The position numbers were made by a program, and so were the translations under genes. Shown piece by piece: positions 34,901-44,180 of a stretch of DNA of 64,000 bases. The first letter of the stretch is position 1, and the number at the start of each line of letters is the position of its first letter. The notes under the pieces were generated by a model. That model was not told the origin of the DNA. It saw only the letters and a program-made list of their open reading frames with translations, and did not search any database. Source of the stretch: a virus; IMG/VR virus record IMGVR_UViG_3300045131_002121, positions 1-64,000 of that record. The stretch is one strand, 5' to 3'.

Positions 34901-37700
34901 ACATCTCCGTGGACTCCCTGCACCCACCAAGGAAGCCATGTTATCGCGGGCCTACAATCGGCAGATCATAGGTCTTGATAATTCACTGAAACAGATGCTT
35001 AGCGCGCAGACCCCAGACGACCTAAATGTCAGTGCTGCGCTTGTCGCCAAGTTCGTTGAACCCATTGGGGACCGCATCAATGATTTCAGCGCGCAGCCGA
35101 CCTCAGAGGGATTCCGCACCGCGCTGAGCAAGTATGATCCCAGGTACTCTGATCTCAACGCGGCCACAGGGGATCCGAACTCCATTGCGGATCGCACTGA
35201 TAAGTTCCTGGAGGGCGTACTGGCGCCAGAGGACATCGAGTATCTCAAGAGCCCTGAAGTCGAGAAGGCTATTGAAGCCAACACCGGGATGTCTTTTGAC
35301 CAACGCATAGCCAACTACCGTGCTGAGATCAACGGGGGTTCGGATACCGCACCGATGACCCCAGAAGCCAGGCAGGGTATTCGGGACGCCAACTTAGTCG
35401 AACACATGAAGGCAACTGACCCCAATCTGCTATCAACCTATGTTGGGGGTGACACCCTGGACTCAACGTACACCCTAGGTGGTAAGTCTTATGGCGGTGG
35501 GCAGGAGTACCGGGATTGGGGGTTGGCCTCTATGGGCATCCTGTCGACCCCGAAGACATCGCTGTCCACGTTACGTGCTCAGATCGACAAGAAAATCGAT
35601 ACCGTAAAAGGCGAGGTCCTCAAGCAATTCGGGATTCAGGATAAGAATCCTGATGTCGCCGATGCCAGGCTTCGAGCCACGCTGTCCGAGATGGATTCCA
35701 ATGAGATCGCAGGGATACCGAGTCTGAAGGATCTCGCCAGCCTCAATAACCTACGGAATCGGCTTGCTAATGATCCACGCGCCGTTTTAGGACATAATGC
35801 TAACCTGGGGATACCTGGACAGGGGAGCACAGAGTTCATCAACCCAGACGCCGCCCAGGACCTCATGTCGGAGTACGGCAAGGTGTACGGGATGGATGAA
35901 GTAGACCCAGGGGTATCCCAGGGCAGCTACTACGTGGATCCCGAGACTGGGCTCCGTACTGAGGTCACCGCAAAGAATCCAGCCCCACAAGGCGTCCAGG
36001 TGGTAAATCGAGGGGTTGATTACGCATCCTTGATCCCCAACGCGGCGGCCCCAAATGCTCGGAATCGTGAGTATTATTATAGCCCCAACCCCACGAGCAT
36101 GCGGATCACCAAGATTCCGGCAGCGGGCGTCAATAGCGGTTTCAGGTACAAGACTCCAATCGAGGACCCCGCGACCACGGCGACGTGGTATCAGCGCGCA
36201 GTCAACGAGCACCCCGAGTTCTTCGCTGGGCGTGGGGCTTATGCAGCACAGACCCGTGAGAACATGGTCACCGCTGAACGTAATCGCAGGCTGCAGGCCA
36301 GTCACGTTGTCCCCGACAAAAACGAAGAGATCCCGGCCTATATCCATGGACCCAACGGCGAAGTCATGACTTCCCAACAAGTCGAAGGGGCTTCCAAACC
36401 GGTGACCTGGGGGGATACCTATGCGGATATGCAAAAGTACCCCGAGAGGTACAAACAGTATATCCCCGAGAAACTGACTTCCCTTCGGAAGCCAGTTACT
36501 CCTGCCACACCACCTCTAGTGGGTGCTGCGAAATCCGCACCAGTTCCCCTAGTCCAAGAACCCGCTAAGGTCGATCCTCTGCAGGAGAATCCAGTGAAAC
36601 CTGTTGCGCCAATAATGAAAAAGACCAATGCTGTCGCATCGATCTGGGCACGGGGGTGTAAGCTCGCCGTAGAAGGTGCCGTGACACCGACCCAGGCTCC
36701 GAATCTGGATAACTCAAAGCCTAACAGATACTCGCCCAGTGCCTGGGAAAAGGCGGGTAACAATCTAGGAAAGTTATTTGAAACGATGCTGCCTGGCCGG
36801 ACCTCCCAACCTGACCAGACACCAGTGGCCCCCAAATCATCTGTGCCTACACAAGGCGCAGAACAGTCACTGCCTCAAAACTCTGGTGTACTCCAGTCGA
36901 GTACGCAGTCTCAGGTCGCAGACGCGCGCCATAAGGCCGACGAAGCTAGGCGGAGGGATGCAGCGCAAACCAATGGGCAGGTGGGTGTGCAGGACGCAAC
37001 AGCACAGGATGTAGTCACGGAAAACCAGACTACGAATCCTACCGCTACTCCCACAGATAACCCAGACGCTGCGAAAAAACCGCCTTCGACCTGGGATCAG
37101 GTCAAGGCTACCGCGCAAGACGGTATGGACTGGGCTCAGAAATATAATCTCGATATCGCTGCGATCCCCGTGGGACTCGGACTCATGCTCATGGGTGGCA
37201 AGGCTGGTGCCATCATGGGTGCACTTATCATGGGTGGGGGTGCCTATGGGGTTTATCAACGATATCAGTCATTGAATAACGCTGGGGGTGAGATCAAGTT
37301 TACGGATCCGAAGATACTTGCAGCCATCAAGGAAAATCCAAAGCTCGAGGATGACCTGAGGGCCAAAGAGGTCGAACGCCGTCTTGATGTCATGCGGCAG
37401 GCGTCTGAGGATGAGGAAAAATGGCAGAAATGGATGAGTGTTCCTGATAACTCTAAGTTTTTCAGCAATCTAAAACTGGCGCATGATTGGCTTCCCAGCT
37501 TTGTGCAGTCCCGTGTTCAAGCCTCGGACAAGAACCTAAGTGATATAAACTCCAACCAGTACCAGTATGTGATGTCTTATATGACTGGGGGTAGACTCGG
37601 TAAGCCAGTGCATAACACGACTGACAAGGCTGATTTGATGAAGCGTGTGGCCAAGAAAAGAAGTCCTCTCCTATCTGCGTTCATGGGGAACACGCAATGA
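31956..37700 (+). CDS. giant 1914-aa protein, putative internal virion/ejection protein
   Basis: Directly after the portal; hydrophobic segments near both ends; KLAA leader; largely helical; no enzyme motif recognised. Confidence 0.6.
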   Translation: MKPKAEIKRVKNRRAHFPIAELRNNTPNFFGHGKTRKLAAHSRNPHHDEDDEDEKSDTWIWLAAIGGLGAAGYLWIKNYPDKAREVLTSIGAMRIPGLSDLVDTIAGGKTPNPKQEETVKSAAQEMLPSLPVVSDKLSPGLKLEYTAHLADDADAKDGEFKFWEAPPAPTGDPAKDTAAAQEWVGRRYWAALTYEGGKESGLSRDQIIRNYDATVGKAGESYSRKAIEETTRRVVNTSIAFNEYRASGLPPLLFNVDPKLAGTREGYEPGPQAIQSAQDSIGKVDKAGKPSTDIDLLLISSALTASAESLKARSQPSNMARVAQQEMERATGLGINPTTVLTAFMSDPSSAPAQEFVKKLRAGFIADVSKTVAQHNDTAGAMSPFREQFKNVPQDTESVLKAGVDTGDLLRSAFNAHSTIIAQIRLRDSLAIEQKSDYIKAQLTALQNGYTPAKTVAASLVDAVDVPAEIISPFLGYINIALSKVLPTDSSMNRYEDSQAAIIQDGPDAVVRRDLNKLTETYQRAVALYAAGDHAGAKNLARASLSAEVKNGSEVAQSALNSNAVGGAAQNTTWMLSSIASRNAGYLITPVLLSGATIVGLHGQWSSDPEASKKPFLSYAGEHADTIAESIGKSASQFATQKYYWNKLDPALRETLSKSAPGVSQATLYQRFKGAVKATGEAVKNPKNILTYGKTVLQGMGNRASVLGRVVTSDALAGAAAPSTAAAANQFGNALRAIRLGATNIVGAGIIMEGVASAWDVGRVLYARDKYDDEHIQDMARLAFAYEGKQVGLFDFVTQPVNAAKVWMAREAYKGENQSPHALGYRKGLEWVMEAKLIKSSTDFANKAVLENPLFSTLPGDLQLQLARRVGSNVYDDARSSVEHLFDETNYIRPEFLEPGGRVSKILDNSVVEASGSNMKRGPTPEGLDKSVWDQHWQPAGNMTNFQRILGDEGFKQVVEATATVTRARLHDTIKDAFETHPHLRGLPAPTKEAMLSRAYNRQIIGLDNSLKQMLSAQTPDDLNVSAALVAKFVEPIGDRINDFSAQPTSEGFRTALSKYDPRYSDLNAATGDPNSIADRTDKFLEGVLAPEDIEYLKSPEVEKAIEANTGMSFDQRIANYRAEINGGSDTAPMTPEARQGIRDANLVEHMKATDPNLLSTYVGGDTLDSTYTLGGKSYGGGQEYRDWGLASMGILSTPKTSLSTLRAQIDKKIDTVKGEVLKQFGIQDKNPDVADARLRATLSEMDSNEIAGIPSLKDLASLNNLRNRLANDPRAVLGHNANLGIPGQGSTEFINPDAAQDLMSEYGKVYGMDEVDPGVSQGSYYVDPETGLRTEVTAKNPAPQGVQVVNRGVDYASLIPNAAAPNARNREYYYSPNPTSMRITKIPAAGVNSGFRYKTPIEDPATTATWYQRAVNEHPEFFAGRGAYAAQTRENMVTAERNRRLQASHVVPDKNEEIPAYIHGPNGEVMTSQQVEGASKPVTWGDTYADMQKYPERYKQYIPEKLTSLRKPVTPATPPLVGAAKSAPVPLVQEPAKVDPLQENPVKPVAPIMKKTNAVASIWARGCKLAVEGAVTPTQAPNLDNSKPNRYSPSAWEKAGNNLGKLFETMLPGRTSQPDQTPVAPKSSVPTQGAEQSLPQNSGVLQSSTQSQVADARHKADEARRRDAAQTNGQVGVQDATAQDVVTENQTTNPTATPTDNPDAAKKPPSTWDQVKATAQDGMDWAQKYNLDIAAIPVGLGLMLMGGKAGAIMGALIMGGGAYGVYQRYQSLNNAGGEIKFTDPKILAAIKENPKLEDDLRAKEVERRLDVMRQASEDEEKWQKWMSVPDNSKFFSNLKLAHDWLPSFVQSRVQASDKNLSDINSNQYQYVMSYMTGGRLGKPVHNTTDKADLMKRVAKKRSPLLSAFMGNTQ

Positions 37701-38425
37701 CGATGGAATCCGCAGCAGCGATGATCGCGGTGAGCGACGCCAAGGACAGGGTCTTCATGGACCCCTCGTTGAATCTATGGGATAAGGTCAAGAGCATTGA
37801 GATCATTGATCGTGCCGCGGCGCAACAGCCGGCATCGAAACCATGGATCACACCCACTCAGGTCATGCAGGGTGCCATTGGTGCCGGAGTAGGTCTTGGC
37901 ATCGGTGCCATTGCTGCGAGATGGTTGGGTGTCAGTGATTCCACGGCATCCACAATGAAAACTTTTGGTGCCGGACTCGGTACTCTCCTCAACATGAAAA
38001 CTGGAACGGAGGCCGCGAAAATGAAGCCGGCAGAACTCATAAAACTCGCCATTGAACGAGATGTCCGCAACGCGGTCAGGCTGGGATTCCTCGAGGGCGC
38101 CCGGGCATCGGGGCTCATTGATCACGAGGGGTTCTGCAAGACAGGTCATGTCAAAGAAGCCGCATCATTTCTTGTCGACCCCACCCTGATCACGGCCCCA
38201 ATCAAGGGCATTACCGCGGCGTCTTCGGGCATCTACGGTGGTGCTGGTACCATGATGGGTCACGTCCTCGGCGAAGATGACGCCGACGAAGACATCGAGC
38301 GCACCATGGTGGAGAAGCGGCTTCTCGAGCAGAAAGCGGATCAGTTGAAGTCGCAGCGCACAAACCGTATCCTGTCAGCCATCCTGGCCAAACGTACGGC
38401 ACCCAAACATTCGACGAGGTTCTAA
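37697..38425 (+). CDS. hypothetical Gly-zipper virion-operon protein
   Basis: GAIGAGVGLGIG; internal IKLA and VKEAA. Confidence 0.7.
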   Translation: MTMESAAAMIAVSDAKDRVFMDPSLNLWDKVKSIEIIDRAAAQQPASKPWITPTQVMQGAIGAGVGLGIGAIAARWLGVSDSTASTMKTFGAGLGTLLNMKTGTEAAKMKPAELIKLAIERDVRNAVRLGFLEGARASGLIDHEGFCKTGHVKEAASFLVDPTLITAPIKGITAASSGIYGGAGTMMGHVLGEDDADEDIERTMVEKRLLEQKADQLKSQRTNRILSAILAKRTAPKHSTRF

Positions 38426-38847
38426 TGGACTCTAACCCGAGGCCACCTGACGTCATCCGTGGGGAATCCGTACGACAGGGCACCAGGGTACCCTTGCCCA
38501 ATGGGATGCGAGTGGTCCGCCACGTCGCCCAGCGCGAGGTCCCCATCGCCGGTGAAGTCCCCCTGATCCACCCCAAGGATCCGGACTCCAAGCAAGTCAA
38601 AGAGTTTTATACCGCTGAGGTCGCCGTATTCGATCTCGATAACCAGGACCACCTCGACGCGTATCGTCGGGTCTGGCAGGAAATCGCAGAGGGCAGCTCA
38701 GTGGTCTCCGAGCATCGAGTTGATTTCTCGGAGAAGCACGGCAAGTACAAGGCTTACATGAGATGGTCTGCGCTGGACTACGGGCTCCCGGGTTCCCCGA
38801 GGCCCCCGCGCAGGTTTGCCCCTCCCCAGGTATCCCCGGAACAATAG
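38425..38847 (+). CDS. hypothetical protein
   Basis: TAATG coupling; typical codon bias. Confidence 0.7.
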   Translation: MDSNPRPPDVIRGESVRQGTRVPLPNGMRVVRHVAQREVPIAGEVPLIHPKDPDSKQVKEFYTAEVAVFDLDNQDHLDAYRRVWQEIAEGSSVVSEHRVDFSEKHGKYKAYMRWSALDYGLPGSPRPPRRFAPPQVSPEQ

Positions 38848-38856
38848 GATCCCGTC

Positions 38857-39624
38857 ATGCCCCTCAATCTTACCTACGGTGACGTCGCATTCCCTGCTAT
38901 TGCCGGTCTAGGACTCGGTGTTGGTGCCCGCTTGGCCAGGTGGGGTTACGACATCGCGAATAAGTCGGGGACGCGTGCCCCGATCAAGTTGCCACCTGTG
39001 GAGAGCTCAGCGGTTGAGGTCCCCGTGGATGTCACCGAGGAAGAAGCCGAGGAGCTCAAGAAGCAAGGCATCAAAGTCAAAACAGCGGCCGATAACATCT
39101 TGGATACCGCGGTTCAAGGCAGCATTGGAACACTATCCGCAGTTGGCGGGTGGTCCGCACTTGACAGCTTCCTGGACAAGAAGCGAAAGGACAAGGCACA
39201 CAAATCACTGGAGAGAAGCCGTAGGCGTGTCCAGGCCTTGATCAATGGTGAAGCCGACCCCGCGGATGCCGGGCTCTCCCGTGCAATGAAGGTCGCCGAA
39301 GACGTCTATATTGATAACGTGGGGACCTCTGAACTCGGGAGTAACACAGCTGAGTTCCAGAAGGTTTCTGGCATCGTCGCCGATCTCGGACTTCGAGGTG
39401 CAGAGGGTATTGGCGAGTTCCTGGCGCCGGTTGGGATCCCCTTGGGTATCGCGGGGACCATTGTGGCCATGAACGCCTACAACAAGAGTAAAGATGAAAA
39501 CAAGTATCGCGCCAAGGCCAAGGCGATGCGTGACTACCTCAACAACATTGGTGCGAGTACCCCGACTGCGGTCATGGTACCCATATTGAAGAAGCGTGAT
39601 CCGGCCACTGAGAACGCGGGGTAG
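38857..39624 (+). CDS. hypothetical Gly-zipper virion-operon protein
   Basis: Three hydrophobic helices separated by KTAA/KVA/KVS. Confidence 0.7.
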   Translation: MPLNLTYGDVAFPAIAGLGLGVGARLARWGYDIANKSGTRAPIKLPPVESSAVEVPVDVTEEEAEELKKQGIKVKTAADNILDTAVQGSIGTLSAVGGWSALDSFLDKKRKDKAHKSLERSRRRVQALINGEADPADAGLSRAMKVAEDVYIDNVGTSELGSNTAEFQKVSGIVADLGLRGAEGIGEFLAPVGIPLGIAGTIVAMNAYNKSKDENKYRAKAKAMRDYLNNIGASTPTAVMVPILKKRDPATENAG

Positions 39625-39626
39625 AC

Positions 39627-42600
39627 ATGCTTGGCGGCCTCAAAGGTGCATTCGATGCCCCCGAGGGTACCCAGAGTCCCGTGTCCCCGGTGACCTATAG
39701 AAGTTTTGATGACGTCAGTGGTCAACGCGACGCCATCTACTCCAACGCGCTTCGTGGGGTCCGTGCCCTGAAGCCAGTGGAGAACGAGAAGTACAGGGTT
39801 GAGATCGCGGATCCCGATTACGCCCAGGACTACAACCCCAGCATCAGTGATGAAAAGAAAGCGTTGATGGCTCGGCAGAGCATGCAGCGCGCCATCAAGG
39901 GCAGGGTTCGCTTGGTCGACAAGACATCTGGGGCCGTCGTCGATGAAACCGAGACCACCCTTGCTCACGTCCCCCATTTGACTCCGCGTGGCATCTTTGT
40001 TCGTGGTGGCACCATCTGGGCTGCCAAGAACCAACAGCGCTTGCGTCCCGGGGTCTACGTGCTCCGCCAACAGAACGGGGACGTCAAGGCACAGGTGAAT
40101 CCGAAGCCAGGGAGTGGACGCGGCTTCGATATCCAGCTCGAGCCCGCCACTGGTGTCTTCAAGTTAAACGTGGGTCAGAGTGGAACCCGGTTGTACCCCT
40201 TGTTGAGATCGATGGGGGTCCCCGATGACATGATCAAGGAAGCCTGGGGGGAGGACCTCTTCAAGCTGAACTGGCGACCACCCGGGGGTCATGACGCCCA
40301 GGAGGCCCGGAAGATCGTGGGCAAGATGGGGCGTCGTGGTGACCAAGAAGTCGCCAGCGAATCCCTCAAAGACAAACTCCATGAGATCCTGGGGAGAGCT
40401 GAGCTCGACGAGGAAACCACGGAGACCACGCTGGGCACCAAGTACAAGAACTTTAACATTGATACCATGCTGCATGCGACGACGAAGATGTTGAAGCGGA
40501 GTCGCAATGAGGTCCCCGATGACGTCCGGGATTCCCAGGCCTTCCAGAGCTTCCATGGCCCCGAGGACTTCTTCGAGGAGCGCCTGAGCCGTGGTGGCGA
40601 CGCCATGCGAAAACTGCTGTGGCGGGCCACACGTGAGGGTAAACTCGGCAATGTTTCCCCAGGGCTATTGAACCCAGCAGTGGACAGCGCTTTTCAGAGC
40701 GGTCTCTTTGCTTCAGTTGAAGACACAAACCCCATGGAAATCATGGATGCCCGGCAGACTATAACACGACTTGGTGAAGGTGGGATCTCATCCAACCAGG
40801 CCGTACCGCGATCTGCACGTGGGGTCCAGCCCAGTTATTTCGGTCTCATCGATCCCATCCGGGCCCCTGAAGGTCAAAACATCGGCGTCGACATGCGGGT
40901 CACCGATGGCGCCCTCAAGGGATCCGATGGTCGGCTCTACTTCAAGGTCCGCTCCCGTAAGGGGGACGAGGTCACGCTCTCAGCACTCCAGGCCTCCAAG
41001 AAGCCGATTGCGTTCCCAGGTGAGTTCGCGAAGGCGGCGAAGCGGGAGCTCTACAGGGTTCCCCTGATGGGGGCTGAGGGCAAATACGAGGATCACGTCG
41101 TCGACATGAATGACATCGCCAATGACCCCGAGATCTCGGCGTCAGTGGGTATGCACGGTCTCGGGAAGCCATTGCCCCCAATGGTGCGTGTCCTCGATGG
41201 TGAAGACATCAAGTGGAAGCCTGCCACAGAGGTCGACTACGAACTCCCCCATGGCTCCTCGATGTTCTCCCGGCTCACCAACATGGTGCCGATGACTCAA
41301 GGTGCGAAGTCGCAGCGAACCCTGATGGGGGCGCGCATGCACTCCCAGGCATTGCCTCTCCAGAACCCAGAGGCCCCGTTGGTGCAATCCGCGAATCCCG
41401 ATGGCACCTCGATTCATGACTCCATGGGTACCTGGATGGGTGCCGTGAAGGCCAAGGCCCCCGGTCGTGTTGTTGCGGTAACACCAGACCACATCGATGT
41501 CGTCTACGCCGGTGGTAAAAAAGAGCGCCACGAATTGTATAACAACTACCCCTTGGCGCGTAAAACGAGTTTGCATAACACTCCATTGGTCCGAGAAGGC
41601 GACGCCTTCAAGCCAGGCGATGTCCTCGCGAGGTCGAACTTCACTGATGACAAAGGCCAGGCCACCATGGGGGCCAACTTCAACGTGGGCTACATGGTGG
41701 GTTCCGGACACACCTACGAAGACGGCTTCAAGATCTCGGAGTCCACGGCTCGACGGCTATCATCCCAGCACGCCTACAAACACGAGATCGAACTCGACAA
41801 GACCATTCATTCCATGAAGAAAGCGGATTACTCCTCGATCTTCCAAGGCAAGTATAAACCAGAGCAGATCTCAGGTATCGATGATGATGGCGTCATCAAA
41901 GAAGGCACCATTGTGCAGCCCGGGGATCCCGTGCTCCTCGCGGTGCGCAAGAAGACGCCGAGACCTGGTGGGGTCGTCACCCCCTCGGTGAGGTCTGCAT
42001 TCGCCGATGCCTCGCAGACCTGGGATCACACGACCCCAGGCCAGGTCACCGATGTCGTGAGAACCCGTAAGGGCATCAAGGTCATGATCTCCAGTGTGGA
42101 ACCCATGACCGAGGGCTCCAAGCTCACCGCACGTTACGGCAACAAAGGTGTGGTCTCCCAGATCGTACCCGATGGCGAAATGCCTATTGGTGCCGATGGC
42201 AAGCCCCTGGATATCATCGTGAACTCCTTGGGTGTCATCTCCCGTGCGAACCCTTCGGTACTCGCTGAAACCCTGCTGGGCAAGGTGGCCAGGAAAACCG
42301 GGAAGCCATATGTTCTCAAATCTTTTGATCACGATGACCTCGGTGACTTCGCCCTGAATGAGGCCAAGGTCAATGGGATCACTGAACTCGACGATGTCAC
42401 GGATCCCAAGACTGGTCATAAGATCAAGGACATCTTCACTGGGGTCCAGCATCTCATGCGGTTGCACCACACCGCGGAGTCCGGGCTCGCCGCACGTGAT
42501 ACCGGGGGTTACACCTCTGATGATTCCCCAGCCAAGGGTGGCCCCGAGGGCAGCAAGAAGATCGCGCTCCTCGGTGTCCAATGCTTGCTCAGCGCTGGGG

Positions 42601-44153
42601 CCACCAATGTTCTCAAGGACGCCAAGCTCATCCGGGGGCAGCGTAACGATGATTACTGGCGTGCAGTGAAACTCGGCATGGATCCCACGATGCCGCAGGC
42701 CTCAGGTGCCCATGGTCACTTCCTCGACCTCCTCAAGGGAGCCGGGGTCAATGTCCGTGAGAACCAGGGTCGGCTGAAGCTGGCCCCGATGACGGATGCT
42801 GACACCGACGCCCTGGCCCCACACTCAGTCTCCAGCTCGGAGACTTTTGACTTCGAGACCATGCAGCCCAAGGAAAACGGGCTCTTCGACCTCGCCAAAA
42901 CCGGGGGTGCCGATGGTCGCCACTTCACCAGGATTGAGCTCCCCCAGAAGATCCCGAATCCCGTGATGGAAGAACCCATCATCAGGATCCTTGGGCTCAC
43001 CAAGCAGAAGTTCCTCGATGTCCTCAGTGGTCAGGAAAAGATTGGCGACAAAACGGGACCGGAAGCCATTGAGACCGCTCTCAAGGGGATCAATGTTGAC
43101 CGTGAGATCGCCATGCACGTCCAGGGGGTCAAGACGGGATCGAGGTCATCCCGTGATGTCCACGTCCGTGCTCTCAACTATCTCAGTGGTCTGAAGTCAG
43201 CTGAGGTCAACCCCGCTGATCTCATGATCTCCAAGATCCCTGTTATACCTCCGAAGTTCAGACCTGTTATACGTGCTGGCAAAATGGATATCATTCATGA
43301 TGCCAACTATCTCTACCATGATCTCATGGAGTCCGGGAAGAATTACACGGAGGCCCAGAAGGCCTTCGGAGACGCCGGTGAGGAATACGGGGCCATGTAT
43401 GCGGCTGCCAAAGCCGTGGCTGGTCTCGGTGCCCCCATCAACCCCAAGCATGTCGAACAAGGCGTCAAGGGGCTTCTCCAGAACGCCATTGGTGTCGGCG
43501 ACTCCCCCAAGTTTGCACGCTTCCAACGCAAGGTTCTCGGGCAAGCCGTGGATTCCGTGGGTCGCGGTGTGGCCACCCCGGATCCCGAACTCGACATGGA
43601 TCAGGTCTCGATCCCCAAGGAAATGGCGTGGACCCTGTATCGGCCCTATGTCATCCGTCGCCTCGTCAGATCGGGGTGGAGTGCGCGTGAAGCCGTCATG
43701 GCTGTCCGGGAACAGAAGCCAGCGGCGTTCCGTGAACTCCAAGCCGAGATGAAGGCACGCCCGGTTTACTGGGATCGCGCCCCGGCACTCCAGAGGTACA
43801 ATTACGTGGGGGCCTGGCCAGTGCTCTCCAGGGGCAACAACATTGGGGTCCCCCAGGTCGTCGAACCCGGGGCGAACCTCGACTTCGATGGCGACAAGAT
43901 CAATCTCCATGTGCCCTCACATCACTCCGCTGTTCAAGATGTCATCGAGAAGATGATGCCCTCGAAGAATCTCTGGCATCCCAAAGATTTTGATGTCCAC
44001 TTGAAGCCCGATAAAGACTACCTCGCCGGTCTCTATCTCGCCACCAATGTTAAAAAAGATAAGCCAGCGCGAACCTTTGCCTCCAAGGAAGACGCCTATA
44101 AGGCCTACCTCAGGGGGGATCTTGGTGTCGCCGATCCAGTTGTTATCCTGTGA
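39627..44153 (+). CDS. rpoBC: DNA-directed RNA polymerase, beta subunit fused to the N-terminal half of beta'
   Basis: beta motifs PHLTPRGIF, RPGVY, GEGG...PSYFGLIDPIRAPEGQNIG, LMGARMHSQA, GSKLTARYGNKG, DIIVNSLGVISRAN, MRLHH..ARDTG; beta' motifs IPVIPPKFRP, RFQRKVLG..VD, RAPAL, catalytic NLDFDGD (43875-43895). Confidence 0.93.
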   Translation: MLGGLKGAFDAPEGTQSPVSPVTYRSFDDVSGQRDAIYSNALRGVRALKPVENEKYRVEIADPDYAQDYNPSISDEKKALMARQSMQRAIKGRVRLVDKTSGAVVDETETTLAHVPHLTPRGIFVRGGTIWAAKNQQRLRPGVYVLRQQNGDVKAQVNPKPGSGRGFDIQLEPATGVFKLNVGQSGTRLYPLLRSMGVPDDMIKEAWGEDLFKLNWRPPGGHDAQEARKIVGKMGRRGDQEVASESLKDKLHEILGRAELDEETTETTLGTKYKNFNIDTMLHATTKMLKRSRNEVPDDVRDSQAFQSFHGPEDFFEERLSRGGDAMRKLLWRATREGKLGNVSPGLLNPAVDSAFQSGLFASVEDTNPMEIMDARQTITRLGEGGISSNQAVPRSARGVQPSYFGLIDPIRAPEGQNIGVDMRVTDGALKGSDGRLYFKVRSRKGDEVTLSALQASKKPIAFPGEFAKAAKRELYRVPLMGAEGKYEDHVVDMNDIANDPEISASVGMHGLGKPLPPMVRVLDGEDIKWKPATEVDYELPHGSSMFSRLTNMVPMTQGAKSQRTLMGARMHSQALPLQNPEAPLVQSANPDGTSIHDSMGTWMGAVKAKAPGRVVAVTPDHIDVVYAGGKKERHELYNNYPLARKTSLHNTPLVREGDAFKPGDVLARSNFTDDKGQATMGANFNVGYMVGSGHTYEDGFKISESTARRLSSQHAYKHEIELDKTIHSMKKADYSSIFQGKYKPEQISGIDDDGVIKEGTIVQPGDPVLLAVRKKTPRPGGVVTPSVRSAFADASQTWDHTTPGQVTDVVRTRKGIKVMISSVEPMTEGSKLTARYGNKGVVSQIVPDGEMPIGADGKPLDIIVNSLGVISRANPSVLAETLLGKVARKTGKPYVLKSFDHDDLGDFALNEAKVNGITELDDVTDPKTGHKIKDIFTGVQHLMRLHHTAESGLAARDTGGYTSDDSPAKGGPEGSKKIALLGVQCLLSAGATNVLKDAKLIRGQRNDDYWRAVKLGMDPTMPQASGAHGHFLDLLKGAGVNVRENQGRLKLAPMTDADTDALAPHSVSSSETFDFETMQPKENGLFDLAKTGGADGRHFTRIELPQKIPNPVMEEPIIRILGLTKQKFLDVLSGQEKIGDKTGPEAIETALKGINVDREIAMHVQGVKTGSRSSRDVHVRALNYLSGLKSAEVNPADLMISKIPVIPPKFRPVIRAGKMDIIHDANYLYHDLMESGKNYTEAQKAFGDAGEEYGAMYAAAKAVAGLGAPINPKHVEQGVKGLLQNAIGVGDSPKFARFQRKVLGQAVDSVGRGVATPDPELDMDQVSIPKEMAWTLYRPYVIRRLVRSGWSAREAVMAVREQKPAAFRELQAEMKARPVYWDRAPALQRYNYVGAWPVLSRGNNIGVPQVVEPGANLDFDGDKINLHVPSHHSAVQDVIEKMMPSKNLWHPKDFDVHLKPDKDYLAGLYLATNVKKDKPARTFASKEDAYKAYLRGDLGVADPVVIL

Positions 44154-44180
44154 TCCCATAACCCATAGTAGGAATCTTCC

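Noticed and set aside
31956-37700. Single-subunit virion RNAP or tape-measure identity for the giant ORF
   Set aside because: No DxDxD/DFDID-type catalytic motif or regular tape-measure periodicity recognised; no tail tube or sheath context in the window
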